From: Octopus bimaculoides
Lineage: Eukaryota
DNA: 43,265 nucleotides
Reading direction: 5' to 3'
Assembly: GCF_001194135.2 (NCBI RefSeq)
Contig: NC_068988.1
Span: forward strand, 61,643,356-61,686,620
The notes under the pieces: generated by a model
The model's input: only the letters and a program-made list of their open reading frames with translations
The model's database searches: none
Told to the model about the DNA's origin: nothing
In this document: in pieces, positions 1 through 12,209 of the stretch
Position numbering within the stretch: position 1 is the first letter of the stretch
Layout of the letters: every line of letters starts with the position of its first letter
Made by a program: the position numbers and the translations under genes

Positions 1-32
<32 letters not shown>
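1..32. repeat. (TA)n microsatellite
   Basis: Pure TA run at the window start. Confidence 0.95.
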
Positions 33-35
<3 letters not shown>

Positions 36-696
36 GCATATATGCGTGTGTGTGTGTGTATGCTAGTGTATGTATATATGAATGTATTTGAGCGTTTGTT
101 TGTGTGTGTATGTATATATGTTATGTCTATAATATGTATACACATATGTGTTCGTCAGTATGTCCTTGGAGGCTTGTTTCCGCACTCCTAATCGATCAGT
201 CATGTTAAGAGACCGTCTGATTTAGTAGAAAGTGACTGTCATAGCCAGAATCTTCCCAAAAAGAACACTGATTGAGTCAGGTCTAGAGGGACATAGGCGA
301 TGTCTTCAACGACAAAAGAATCGCATGAAGATTTATGATCTCACCAGCAGAACTGGTGGGAAAAAGTTCCGAACTAGCACTGATTCTGAAGGTGAAGCTC
401 GTATCCAGTTTCACCGCAGTTAAATGCATTTTCGTTGCCTGATCCTGTATATCACACCTATGCGCCGCAGAATGTTTTTTCGAGACTACACTATGTGGGT
501 CCGTTTCTGGCAAGTTGCGATCCACTTAAAGGAACTCACGCCACTAAAGTAACAAAACTGCAAGCGTGGAGTTGCCGAACATGACAAAAATGTTTATAGG
601 CCCCACATTCTAAGAGAAGCCCACACCTTGGCTCACTTTATGAATAAGTGATATCTAAGAAGTCAATAATATATAGCATGAGAATTAGGGTTGAAT

Positions 697-940
697 CATG
701 TGGCTTATTGGTTAGGTTTCTGCACGCACGATTACAGAATGCGGTTTCGATTCTGGGACCAGGTCTTGTCTTGTGGTCTTCAAGAAAACGCTTCATTTCA
801 CATTGATTCAGCCTATTCAACAGTAAACCAGTGACGCTGCGATAGACTACTGTACATTCCAGAGGAAGTGTGGCCTCGCTCATTTTTCCGCCAAGCTAAC
901 CGATCCACTGTCATAGAACTCGAGACAGTAAAGGTAAATT
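697..940 (+). mobile_element. Highly decayed tRNA-derived SINE, family B-like
   Basis: A-box-like GTGGCTTATTGGTTAGG (~700) and B-box-like GGTTTCGATTC (~743), then TTGTGGTCTTCAAGAAAACGCTTCATTTCACATTG, which resembles the family B core seen at 32085-32248. The 3' boundary is uncertain. Confidence 0.5.
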
Positions 941-1721
941 TGGTATACAATATGTGAATGCGGAACTATATTTATACGAATTCGATTATACCGAATCAGC
1001 ATATATTCCCCGCTAACCATAACATTTGCGTAGATTTGTCAGTAGAATTGATTATAGTCATGAAAAACGTTTTTTTTTTTTCTTAAAGTTTTATACAAAT
1101 TTGCTAGTACGCTACAAATATCCAATGCTAATTACATTCATTTAAGCTTTCTCATAATAACTGGCTCCCAGAGCACTTTTACTTAGTGTGCTCTGAACAT
1201 TAATAACTGTATTTTTTCTCTATGAAGCAATTATTTTGTTAAGTATTATACAACGCAAAAAAGAATTAAGATAATTAAATATGACGCTCTTCTCCACGCA
1301 ATGTATTACATTCTATTTTGTGAATAGTAATTCACTTATATGTCGGCGATGAGGCTATTGAAATTAGGTTGAGGGAGTAACTAACTAAAATGAAATTGGT
1401 GTCTACTCTATATTGGAATTAAATTTGATATAAAATATGTCACAGTCATATTCTGTTGCAAATTAAATCTCTAATTATACGCGTAGCAAAGAGTTTAGTA
1501 AATGTATCACGAAGTAGTATATCCGATACTTTAGAGATAAGTATATGGTTCACATTATATGATCTCAAACTAATGAGTATATACTTTAATTGATTAAATT
1601 TTTAGCAAAGTCTAACTTAGGATGACTCAAGATAAGCGTTTTCTAAATCTATTGGGGAATCAGTAAAACAGAAATTGTAATTACTCGGTAGAAGTTTAAG
1701 GAATTATTATAATTTACTGCA

Positions 1722-1788
<67 letters not shown>

Positions 1789-1806
1789 ATATATATATAT
1801 ATATAT
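1722..1806. repeat. (CTAT)n followed by (AT)n microsatellite
   Basis: Direct reading. Confidence 0.95.
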
Positions 1807-2595
1807 AACGAAGGAACAAGAAGCTTGATTTGTAGGACCGTGAAAGACCAGAGAAAATATTTTGGGTATAAAGACAACTGTATGGAATTTCAAGCAGGAC
1901 AAACGATGTTTCGTCGAATTCAACAAATATGGTGATCATATGCATCAACTTCAACGTATGAGTGTTTGAAGGAAAGGACGAAAGCTGCATCTATTTGCGA
2001 CGTATGTGTGAATATACCTGAAATCCACCTAGGGATTTTACTGACATCACATTAAGGAAAATTTTGATTTTCATTTTGCCTCGAATTGGACAAATATATT
2101 TGTTGATTGCAGGCTGTAATTTATTTATTGTTTAATTTCTTCAATAGAAATTACTTAGATGTCTCATGACACATTTTGAGACATTAGGTCGATGTAGGTA
2201 ATAACTTTCCGAAATTAAATAAAGCTGTAGAGATTTTATTCGCTGTTTCAATTTATCATTCTTTCTGAGCAGGGATTTTTTTCTCACCGTAAACTCCCTC
2301 TAGCTGTTGGCTATACATAATAAGAAATACACCTGCTTTTGTTCTTTCTTTTAATTGTTTCAGTTATTGTTCTGACACCATGATGGGGAGGTGAAAATAT
2401 CGATCCTAGTTCAAGCGATTTTAAACAATGCCCTATATATATTATATTGATACGCCGTCACTGAGACACCACACAACGTGGAAGGAATCAAACCAACTCC
2501 GGTAGACAAACAGGAGGGCAAGGGCGAACACCAAACAAAGGCACTCAGTCACAAGCATATTATATGTGTGTGTGTATGTATGATTATATATACAT

Positions 2596-2780
2596 ATTAA
2601 TAGTAATGGTAAGACAACAAAAGAATGAAAGATACCTCGATATTATGTAAATAGAGGAATTAATCTGTAAATATAATATGTGACAGTTATTCGATTGCCA
2701 TAATAAGACTCCTAGTTTCGGATGTCGGGGTGGAAGCCTGCTCCGGCATCTCGTCAGTTATCAAGGCAATCAAAATATGC
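2596..2780 (-). mobile_element. Putative Penelope-like terminal-repeat remnant carrying the hammerhead
   Basis: Microsatellite-flanked unit containing the hammerhead, resembling a dispersed octopus repeat I recall. There is no ORF evidence. Confidence 0.4.
2690..2774 (-). ncRNA. Type I hammerhead ribozyme motif with long helix I (Penelope/retrozyme type)
   Basis: Minus strand reads TTTGATTGCCTTGATAA-CTGACGA-GATGCCGG(14-nt loop)CCGACATC-C-GAAA-CT AGG AGT-C-TTATTATGGCAATCGAA. Core boxes are intact and the cleavage triplet is GUC. Helix I pairs 16 of 17 positions (2 G.U). Helix II has one C.A mismatch and one extra C before GAAA. Confidence 0.75.
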
Positions 2781-2909
2781 AAATATATAAATATATATAT
2801 CCAGTTTTGTCTATCAGATGTATTGACAAGCCATTAGTAATGCCCGGGGCTATCCCTGGAGATTTAATAATTTTTTTCCTATGTATGATGAATTTTGAAT
2901 CACCCTGTA

Positions 2910-2969
2910 GAACCCGGAACCATGTGGTTGGGAAGCAAGCTTCTTACCACACAGCTACTCCTGTGCCTA
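2910..2969 (-). mobile_element. SINE family A, tRNA-like head only
   Basis: The reverse complement matches 3208-3267 at 53 of 60 positions. Confidence 0.88.
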
Positions 2970-3207
2970 ATAATATATATGTATACATATTATTATATAT
3001 GTACGTATAGATATATGTATGTTTATATATATACGTATAGATGCATATATACATACCATATATACCTACATACATACATAACATATAATTTCTTTATCTC
3101 TTTACTGTCGCTTTATTTCTCCTTACTTCTCTGCTTTAACCATGTAGTCATCATTTACATAGATTATTTATATCTTACACTGATTGTTTATTAGGTTACA
3201 CGTTGTA

Positions 3208-3632
3208 TAGGCGTAGGAGTGGCTGTGTGGTAAGTAGCTGGCTTACCAACCACATGGTCCCGGGTTCAGTCCCACTGCGCGGCATCTTGGGTAAGTGTCT
3301 TCTACTATAGCCTCGGGCCGACCAAAGCCTTGTGAGTGGATTTGGTAGACGGAAACTGAAAGAAGCCCGTCGTATATATGTATATATATATATATGTATG
3401 TGTGTGTGTATGCTTGTATGTGTGTTTTTGTCCCCTCAACATCGATTGACAACCGATGCTAGTGTGTTTATGTCCCCGTAACTTAGCGGTTCGGCAAAAT
3501 AGATCGACAGAATAAGTACTAGGCTTCTAAAGAATAAGTCTTGGGGTCGATTTGCTCGACTAAAAGGCGGTGCTCCAGCATGGCCACAGTCAAAAGACTG
3601 AAACAAGTAAAAGAGTAAAAAAGAGTAAAGAG
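3208..3632 (+). mobile_element. Full-length tRNA-derived SINE family A (octopus-type)
   Basis: A-box-like TGGCTGTGTGG, B-box-like GGTTCAGTCCC, body ...GGTAGACGGAAACTGAAAGAAGCCCGTCG, internal (TA)/(TG) microsatellite, 3' half ...GGCGGTGCTCCAGCATGGCC...GACTGAAAC and an (AAAGAGT)n tail. Homologous segments recur several times in the window. Confidence 0.95.
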
Positions 3633-3900
3633 TTGTGTGTGTTATGATATTTAAGACAATCATGCTGCTATGTATATATAGAGTTTCATAAATTTATTTT
3701 ATCTCTACATTTCTCTGAGTATACCAGTATTATTTAGCCCTAACGACATAATATTACATTACACAATAGTTTATACAGAATAAATTATCGTACCGTGTCT
3801 TCTATGAGTAAAGTTACTATGTAGACATACCTACACACATACATGCACACACTTACGTACATACATATATATATACATATATATGTATGTATATATATGC

Positions 3901-4107
3901 GTCTGTGTTTGTCCCCTTAACGTCGCTTGAGAACCGATGCTACTGTGTTTGCGTCCCCGTAAACTAACGGTGCGGCAAAAGAAATCGATAGAATAAATAC
4001 TAGGCTTACAAACAAACTGTAAGTCCTGCGGTCGATTTGCTCGACTAAAGGCGGTGCTCCTGCATGGCCGCAGACAAATGACTGAAACAATTAAAAGAAT
4101 AAAAAGA
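3901..4107 (+). mobile_element. SINE family A, 3' half
   Basis: Colinear with 3421-3610 (TGTTTGTCCCC...AACCGATGCT...GGCGGTGCTCC...GACTGAAAC), with an AAAAGAAT tail. Confidence 0.9.
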
Positions 4108-5129
4108 TTTATTATACATCGCACCATCGTATGGAAAATTCCTATAAAGTCAATCGATTATATTGTCTTAGTCTCTATCATCATCAGCACTATTTCATCT
4201 TTCTCTGCACATCACAATCACCACCATCATCTTCTTTTCCTTCTTCATTTTCTATTTTCCATCACCTCATCCTCCTCCTCCATTATCTCCTAGATTTCGT
4301 TTTCTCTCCCTCCCCCTCCACGAGTGAACATTAGCAATGTTGATGTTCCGTTTTTTACTCAGTCTTAAATGTAATAGGATGAATCTATGTTATGTACTTT
4401 CGAGGTCTTTACTCTGTGAATTAGATACGTCATTCATGTCACATTCGGTTGATGAATCAATAAGAATTCCGTTGATCATTACTGAATTCCTAATGGTACT
4501 ACATGAGTTGTTTCACCTTTTGGCATTATCAGATCATCAGCGACTAAATTAACAGTCCCATTAGGCTTGCATCGTGACGTTTACTAAAAATCTTGAAGGA
4601 CTCAAATCAAACCAGTCAGAGGAATGGATGAAACTAGCTTAGGTTCAACGAATATCTTGCAATAACACGGTCTCTCAGAAATTCTTGGCTGGTGTCCGGC
4701 TTGCTGGAAGACAAGAGGTTCCCTCAGCTTTTCTTAAAACATTTCTTTGAGAGGTCACTCTGATATAAAGCACAGATATGCAGGGTTCGGTGCTTTGGAA
4801 ATCCTTTGCTTGCATTTAAGATCGTGGTACTCCCATATTCCTCAAGCGTGGCTTCGTATTGGTACCGGATATCTTGCTCCGGCTAGTCTCTGGATCATGT
4901 CAATAGACTGGAGCGGTCTTCGGACGTGTTACTACATAAAATGGAAGCTGCGATCGTGATTCGCGGGAAGACGACCTCAGAGGCAGTAACCTCCTGCAAA
5001 AGCATTACTGACATTATGCATGGGCTACGATAACTAAAGATCATTGTCGTTCCCGAGTGGACAGACATTATGTACAGGTGTAAAGACAAACACATACATA
5101 CTCAAACAAACACAGATGCACACACACAC

Positions 5130-5172
<43 letters not shown>

Positions 5173-5221
5173 TATATATATATATCTCCCTCGCACCACG
5201 AACTCTTAACATACTCCTCAA

Positions 5222-5273
5222 CAATCTGATGAGATCTGCCAAACCATTGGCTAGATTGAAACGTACGTAAATG
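5222..5273 (+). ncRNA. Type I minimal hammerhead ribozyme motif with palindromic helix III
   Basis: CAAT-CTGATGA(5226-5232)-GATCTGCCAA(acca)TTGGC-T-AGATT-GAAA(5258-5261)-CGTACGT-A-AATG. Helix II is 10 bp with one bulge and closes on G.U. Helix III ACGTACGT is self-complementary and the triplet is GUA. Helix I pairs 3 of 4 positions. Confidence 0.7.
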
Positions 5274-5341
5274 ACTATTACATAACATTCACAATGACTC
5301 ACTACATAACCTCAACCTCCACAATGACTCATTACATAACC
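5271..5341. repeat. Short minisatellite, ATGACT(C)AYTACATAAC x3
   Basis: Units at 5290-5311 and 5320-5341 (period 30, one mismatch) plus a partial unit at 5271-5286. Confidence 0.8.
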
Positions 5342-5582
5342 ACCACATAATAAAACAACGGCTAACTAACCCAACAGAATTGCTTCTTCTTGTATTTGTT
5401 GCTCCATTCTCCACATAAATATAATTATAAACTACGGTTTAAACAATAAATTACCTGCCTCTGGATGCCCTCTACCCAAGACGGTACCCGTACAGGTGAT
5501 CCCCNNNNNNNNNNNNNNNNNNNNNNNNNNNNNNNNNNNNNNNNNNNNNNNNNNNNNNNNNNNNNNNNNNNNNNNNNNNNNN

Positions 5583-5633
<51 letters not shown>

Positions 5634-5764
5634 TGGGTCAGCACATACAAAAATCTAATGTATAAAGGAACCATTAATATATTGACATATGTGTCTGTGT
5701 GCGTATTTAAATATAGGCTTATATACATACAGAATCATGAAACAATAGCACAAATATGAACACA

Positions 5765-5809
<45 letters not shown>

Positions 5810-6921
5810 CACTCATAATATTCATATTTACTTACATATATGCATATGTATATACGTATACATGCGCATATACACATACACACACACGCGTGTTTACATA
5901 CAGTTTGAGATATAAAAATGTACGTGTGAGAGAGGGAGAAAGAATGTGTGTTTGTATTTGCGTGTGTGCGTGTGTTTGTGAATGTACGTGTGTGTGTGTT
6001 TGTGTTTGTATCTGTCTTTCAATATGAAATATTTGGAAACAGGATTATTATTTTTTCCCTTTAAATATATAATTAGTATATTTTTACGTTCCGGGCGTTG
6101 TCTAGACGTGTTCATTAAGAGAAAATAAATAAATATAGAAAATAACCCTAATGTATTATTGTAATTATATAGCAATTTATATTCATAGAAGCTACTATAA
6201 ACTCACCATGATATATCACGTATATCCTCTTTTTTTTTCTATTTTATAATTTTTCATATTTTTACTAAATTCAACATTTATTATGTTCGTTATTCATATT
6301 TTTGGGCAGCGTGTTATTAAATTTCAGAAACGCTTATTCCTATGAAATGTAATATTGAGGTAAGCTAATTCACACTACATAATGCCTCATTATTGCAGCG
6401 TATGGAATTAAATATATGGACGTGTGAAATAAGATCAGATTGATTTCTAAATAGAAATTGTATCAGCAGCTTAACAGTTTGTATACATTTATATTTGTTA
6501 GTGGCTGCGTTTGTACTGGTGTTAGTATTGGGCGTTTTGATGGTAACCGTTATTGTTGTTGTTGTTTATTGCTATTGTTATTGCTATTATTTAGCTCCCA
6601 TGCTAAATATGATGAATCAGGTATATAAAAAATGGCTTCCAAGTCGTGAGCTTAATGTTTGTTAATTTTCGCTTTTCAATTCACGCTGTACCTTCTATCT
6701 GAACCACTTTGCGAAAAAATACTTGAAAGCTTATATACACAAAAATACACATAAATCCTCTTCATATATGTCATGTGTACATGTGCGTGAATGTTTGCGT
6801 ATAGGAATATNNNNNNNNNNNNNNNNNNNNNNNNNNNNNNNNNNNNNNNNNNNNNNNNNNNNNNNNNNNNNNNNNNNNNNNNNNNNNNNNNNNNNNNNNN
6901 NNNNNNNNNNNNNNNNNNNNN

Positions 6922-6953
<32 letters not shown>

Positions 6954-7056
6954 GTATATGTATATGTCTATATCGGCACGCACACACAAAGTTATTAATG
7001 TTAGTATTGTATATAGCTACATACAGAACAAACAATCAGTATCTATTTGTTTTTAT

Positions 7057-7215
7057 CTTTTATTTGTATCAGTCATTAGACTGCAGCCATGTTAGGGTAC
7101 TGCCCTTAAAAAGCTTTTAATCGAATGAATCCGGACCAGTAATATGTTTCTGAAAACCCGCTACTTGTTCTCTCGTTTTCTTTTGCGAAACCGCTGAGTT
7201 GGTGGGATATAAATG
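7057..7215 (-). mobile_element. SINE family A, decayed 3' half
   Basis: CTTTTATTTGTATCAGTCATTAGACTGCAGCCATG...TTTTGCGAAACCGCTGAGTT is the reverse complement of the family A 3' half. Confidence 0.7.
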
Positions 7216-8944
7216 ATATCCAAACATAAAGAGGAGAGGAAATCAACTTCGAGCTAAAACAAGTCATAAACCAAACGAAATGATACCTAAATAACTCTTT
7301 GTGTCTTATGAATACGCCGATAAGTATCTGAATAATTCAGAGATTGAAACCCAAGGAGATGTATATATGAACGACTAAAAGAGGCAGTTTAACCCTTGAA
7401 ATAATACTAAGACATCATTATAACTACGAGGGAAATAATGAGTATAAAAACAAGCATGCAAACAAAATTATAAAACCAAAATTAACACAAATTGATCCAC
7501 TGCACTAGTATTTATTTCAATTAGATATCATTTCCTCCTCTTAAAACTGTTAGTTTGTTTCGTTCACTTTAAATCTAGAACGGTAATTTTACAAGGTAGT
7601 TATCTACAAGGGAGTTCTGAAAATTTTTCCTGGCTTATATATATATGCATATATCCATACATATATGTGCATACCTACATCTATATGTATAGATACATGC
7701 ATATATGGGTACAGGACATAAAAAAACGTTAAACACAATGAAAAACGAATATATAAAAACGAAAACAGAAAACGAATTTTTTTCGAAGGCGACATATGAA
7801 TGCTTACACACATACACGCGCGGGCGCGTTCACACACATACACACACACAAACACACACACACACGTAGAGGCGTGCGCGTCGTATATACAGATTTGTTA
7901 CAACTGAGGAAAGTAAAAAGGAATAGTAAACAGAGAATACTATCATGAAAAGTTGCACGACCGAAGTTTTGGGTTATAACCACGAAAGTAATTCCAAACT
8001 TGGGCAACGTAGTTTCGGATATAATCCTGCTGGAAAGAAAAAAGAGAGGCGGAAAGACAAAAAGAAAATTACACACGCATAGACACACAGCTACAAAAAA
8101 GGTATTTTAGCCATAGGCTGAGGCCATGCTGGAGCAATGAATTTTAATTGATTCACTCTCAAACAGAATCTTGTGAAGACGTTCTTTGAAGACTTCGATA
8201 TCTACAATTTATATATTTCTGAGGCTGCTTGGCAGAATGTTGAATAGTTGTGGGTCCTAAAAATCCAAGCTCCTAAAATAAGACTATGCAACCTCCTGGT
8301 CATTAAATACTGTGAAGTTGAAGTAAGTACTTTTTTTTATCATTATATGACTTCTCTCAAATTTGATGTCATGATTTGAGGCAATGGCTGCACGATGAAA
8401 TATGCATATATAATGTACATATGAATATATATAAATATATATAGATACATAGAAACACATACACACGTGCGCAAACACACACACAAATATATATGAGTGT
8501 TGTGGTCTCGAAAATATCAAACACAAATAGTAAAAACAAGTTCCAAATTTTAGTTTGACGTAAAATAATATATGATGGTGAAAGTGGATCTGACGTTTCG
8601 AATTTCAGTTACACTTCAGAAATTTGTGTATTTATATAAAGAAATAGTAAAAAAGAAGTTGAGGAGGAAAAAAGTACAGAAGTGTGAATAGAACGTACAT
8701 GTATAATTCAAATTTAATAATACTTTAAACTTTTTACGGATAATATTCCCTCTGTCATTTCAATGTATGATCTTTGTATCATGAGAATACATAATTTCCA
8801 AATATTTGAACTTTTCACCCCATGGTGACTAATAATACAGATTCGAAAATACAGAAGTTCAAGAAGTCTCCAATACAAAATACGACATATACATATATAC
8901 ATAGCTGCATATCACTGCAGACATATAAGCATACACGCTTGCAC

Positions 8945-9058
8945 AGATAACTGCCTGCCTGCCTGCCTGCCTGCTTGCCTAGCTACCTACCTACCTACCT
9001 ACCTACCTACCTACCTACCTACCTACCTGCCTACCTATTTACGTACCTAACTACCTAG
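8945..9058. repeat. (GCCT)n/(ACCT)n compound tetranucleotide microsatellite
   Basis: Direct reading. Confidence 0.9.
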
Positions 9059-10161
9059 ATACATGCATACATACATACCTGCATATACGAGAGTTTGGAC
9101 GTATGTGTGTTAGTGTGAATATATATGTTGTATATACGTATGGCTGTCCGTATATATGTATGTTCTTTTTTTTTTCGATCCCTTTTGATCGAACTCCCCC
9201 CTTTTTCTTCCTACGATCCCTTTTGATCGACCCCCCCTTTTTTTCCCTTCCCCCTCCCAAAAAGAAAAGCTCTACATTGTATTTGTCCCATCTTCGTTGA
9301 GCCCTGTGTGGCTAATAAAAGAAATGTATCTATCTATATCTATCTATCTATATATATATATGTATGTGTGTGTGTGTGTGTGTGTGTGTGCGTCTATATA
9401 TANNNNNNNNNNNNNNNNNNNNNNNNNNNNNNNNNNNNNNNNNNNNNNNNNNNNNNNNNNNNNNNNNNNNNNNNNNNNNNNNNNNNNNNNNNNNNNNNNN
9501 NNNNNNNNNNNNNNNNNNNNNNNNNNNNNNNNNNNNNNNNNNNNNNNNNNNNNNNNNNNNNNNNNNNNNNNNNNNNNNNNNNNNNNNNNNNNNNNNNNNN
9601 NNNNNNNNNNNNNNNNNNNNNNNNNNNNNNNNNNNNNNNNNNNNNNNNNNNNNNNNNNNNNNNNNNNNNNNNNNNNNNNNNNNNNNNNNNNNNNNNNNNN
9701 NNNNNNNNNNNNNNNNNNNNNNNNNNNNNNNNNNNNNNNNNNNNNNNNNNNNNNNNNNNNNNNNNNNNNNNNNNNNNNNNNNNNNNNNNNNNNNNNNNNN
9801 NNNNNNNNNNNNNNNNNNNNNNNNNNNNNNNNNNNNNNNNNNNNNNNNNNNNNNNNNNNNNNNNNNNNNNNNNNNNNNNNNNNNNNNNNNNNNNNNNNNN
9901 NNNNNNNNNNNNNNNNNNNNNNNNNNNNNNNNNNNNNNNNNNNNNNNNNNNNNNNNNNNNNNNNNNNNNNNNNNNNNNNNNNNNNNNNNNNNNNNNNNNN
10001 NNNNNNNNNNNNNNNNNNNNNNNNNNNNNNNNNNNNNNNNNNNNNNNNNNNNNNNNNNNNNNNNNNNNNNNNNNNNNNNNNNNNNNNNNNNNNNNNNNNN
10101 NNNNNNNNNNNNNNNNNNNNNNNNNNNNNNNNNNNNNNNNNNNNNNNNNNNNNNNNNNNNN

Positions 10162-10197
<36 letters not shown>

Positions 10198-11619
10198 TAT
10201 GTGTGTATGCGAGTGGGTGTCTCTATGCGCTTATCTGCTTGTCCGTGTGTGCTTTTGTGTGCGTGAATGAGTGTGTGTGTGTGTGTGTGGTGTGAGTGTA
10301 CATTTATATAATTATAAAATTATAGCAAGGGCAACTGCCGAGTAATGCCCCATGCTAGAAGAAGACGCCAAATAGCACTAAAGCAACTTTATTTATCGCA
10401 TAGACACGGGCCGAAAGCGAAGCAATGAACAAAAAAGATTTTTAAAAAACGTTTAGTGCTTTCGATTTCTGGTTTAGTGAATTAATACCACTTTACCGTC
10501 ATCAGTATGACATAACGGAAAGTACATAATCATAAACATTTGAACATACAATACCAACACTATGTATCCATGGTGCATATACAAATGGGTTCTATGTTTG
10601 AACAATAAAAACAACGCAAAAAGGATCGTCCAGTTGTAGTGGTTGTGATATTTGACAACGAAACTCAAATGATCGATTTACTGAGTTAACTGCTCCTGAA
10701 TTCACATGTAAGTAACGATTCATTCTACAGAGATGCATACCCTTAACATTATTCTCTGGTAGAGTAGAAATGAAACAGTGAATGACAAGGTCGTACATTT
10801 TGAATTACAGACATAAGTCACTCAGTGGACTCCAAAAGAGTTTCTGTTTCCCCATTTACATTACAAAGTTGGGCCGATGTCGTGGAAAATGATATTTTCC
10901 CAAGATTTTTAAGTAATGATGTCGAATACTTGATCTCATGGTTGTAAATCGATCTTCTTAACCGTTTGGTCAAAACGCACTCGTATCAGCGACTTTATTG
11001 AGTAAAATAAAATACTAAGAATATATGTCATTCGTAATTAAATGAGATGACATATTCAATTGTCAGGAAGTATGAATACGTGTGACGAGGTATTGACGTA
11101 CATGGTTGTCTATTTACTGAAGAAAATATACATTAATTTTCAAACGGGTAAAAAAAAAATATTAAGGCAATTTCAGAAACAAACATACTTATCGTATCTT
11201 TAATCTATAGTTTCACGTCATATAATCCGTATACAAGTTAGCAAGATCGATATCGTGAACTAATCCACTTATCCGCTATTTGCTTCTTTGTTTATTTTTT
11301 AATCAATAGAAATCGTCAAACTAAGACAATTGTTGATTATAGTTTTGTATATTATTTTAATGTTTGTTTTATAAATTTGAGTCTCAAGATTTTTGTATTG
11401 TAATTGTATTACGAAAAATACCATATAAGATAAACTAGGTTTTAGGAGGTTTTTCTGAAGGATTATCATTGTTGTTATCAACGATTTATATGTCGAATTC
11501 TTTAATAACATTAGACACGGCATTTCCTCACAAAATATACACATACACACACAAGTGCATAAACTAAACCCAGACATATGACTGCGTACGTTAACATATC
11601 TGGCACACCAGTACATACA

Positions 11620-11655
<36 letters not shown>

Positions 11656-12173
11656 NNNNNNNNNNNNNNNNNNNNNNNNNNNNNNNNNNNNNNNNNNNNN
11701 NNNNNNNNNNNNNNNNNNNNNNNNNNNNNNNNNNNNNNNNNNNNNNNNNNNNNNNNNNNNNNNNNNNNNNNNNNNNNNNNNNNNNNNNNNNNNNNNNNNN
11801 NNNNNNNNNNNNNNNNNNNNNNNNNNNNNNNNNNNNNNNNNNNNNNNNNNNNNNNNNNNNNNNNNNNNNNNNNNNNNNNNNNNNNNNNNNNNNNNNNNNN
11901 NNNNNNNNNNNNNNNNNNNNNNNNNNNNNNNNNNNNNNNNNNNNNNNNNNNNNNNNNNNNNNNNNNNNNNNNNNNNNNNNNNNNNNNNNNNNNNNNNNNN
12001 NNNNNNNNNNNNNNNNNNNNNNNNNNNNNNNNNNNNNNNNNNNNNNNNNNNNNNNNNNNNNNNNNNNNNNNNNNNNNNNNNNNNNNNNNNNNNNNNNNNN
12101 NNNNNNNNNNNNNNNNNNNNNNNNNNNNNNNNNNNNNNNNNNNNNNNNNNNNNNNNNNNNNNNNNNNNNNNNN

Positions 12174-12209
<36 letters not shown>

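Noticed and set aside
232-525. RIFPKRTLIESGLEGHRRCLQRQK resembles the RTE-LINE C-terminus (PKxILxGxxEGxRxRGRQ)
   Set aside because: The similarity is too short and degenerate to call without an HMM or TBLASTN search.
1805-2010. ITKEQEA*FVGP*KTRENILGIK resembles the LINE RT motif EQAGF..GRxTRxxI
   Set aside because: There are two stops within the motif and no downstream FxDxxKAFD. It is a possible relic but unsupported.
3208-3290. tRNA-like A/B boxes here and at the other SINE heads
   Set aside because: These are SINE heads, not tRNA genes: there is no complete cloverleaf and they continue into SINE bodies.
4337-5090. GC-richer, coding-like segment, possibly a decayed retroelement ORF
   Set aside because: Manual translation of both strands gave no diagnostic motif.
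8006-8035. Minus-strand GGAT(tat)ATCC-GAAAC-TAC-GTT, the 3' half of a hammerhead
   Set aside because: The CUGANGA box is absent (it reads CCAGCA).
8585-8612. Minus-strand CTGAAG...CGAAACGTC, a Penelope-like hammerhead relic
   Set aside because: A9 is lost, there is no helix II and helix I is weak. It is probably a relic but is not callable.
10470-10505. Minus-strand CTGATGA...CACTAAACC
   Set aside because: The GAAA box is mutated and helices I and III do not form.
10640-10713. Possible exon ending at a strong-looking donor CAT|GTAAGT (10707/10708)
   Set aside because: All three frames from the nearest AG acceptors contain stops.
11117-11150. CTGAAGA-AAAT..ATTT-TCAAACGGGTA, hammerhead-like
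   Set aside because: G12 is missing and there is no helix I.
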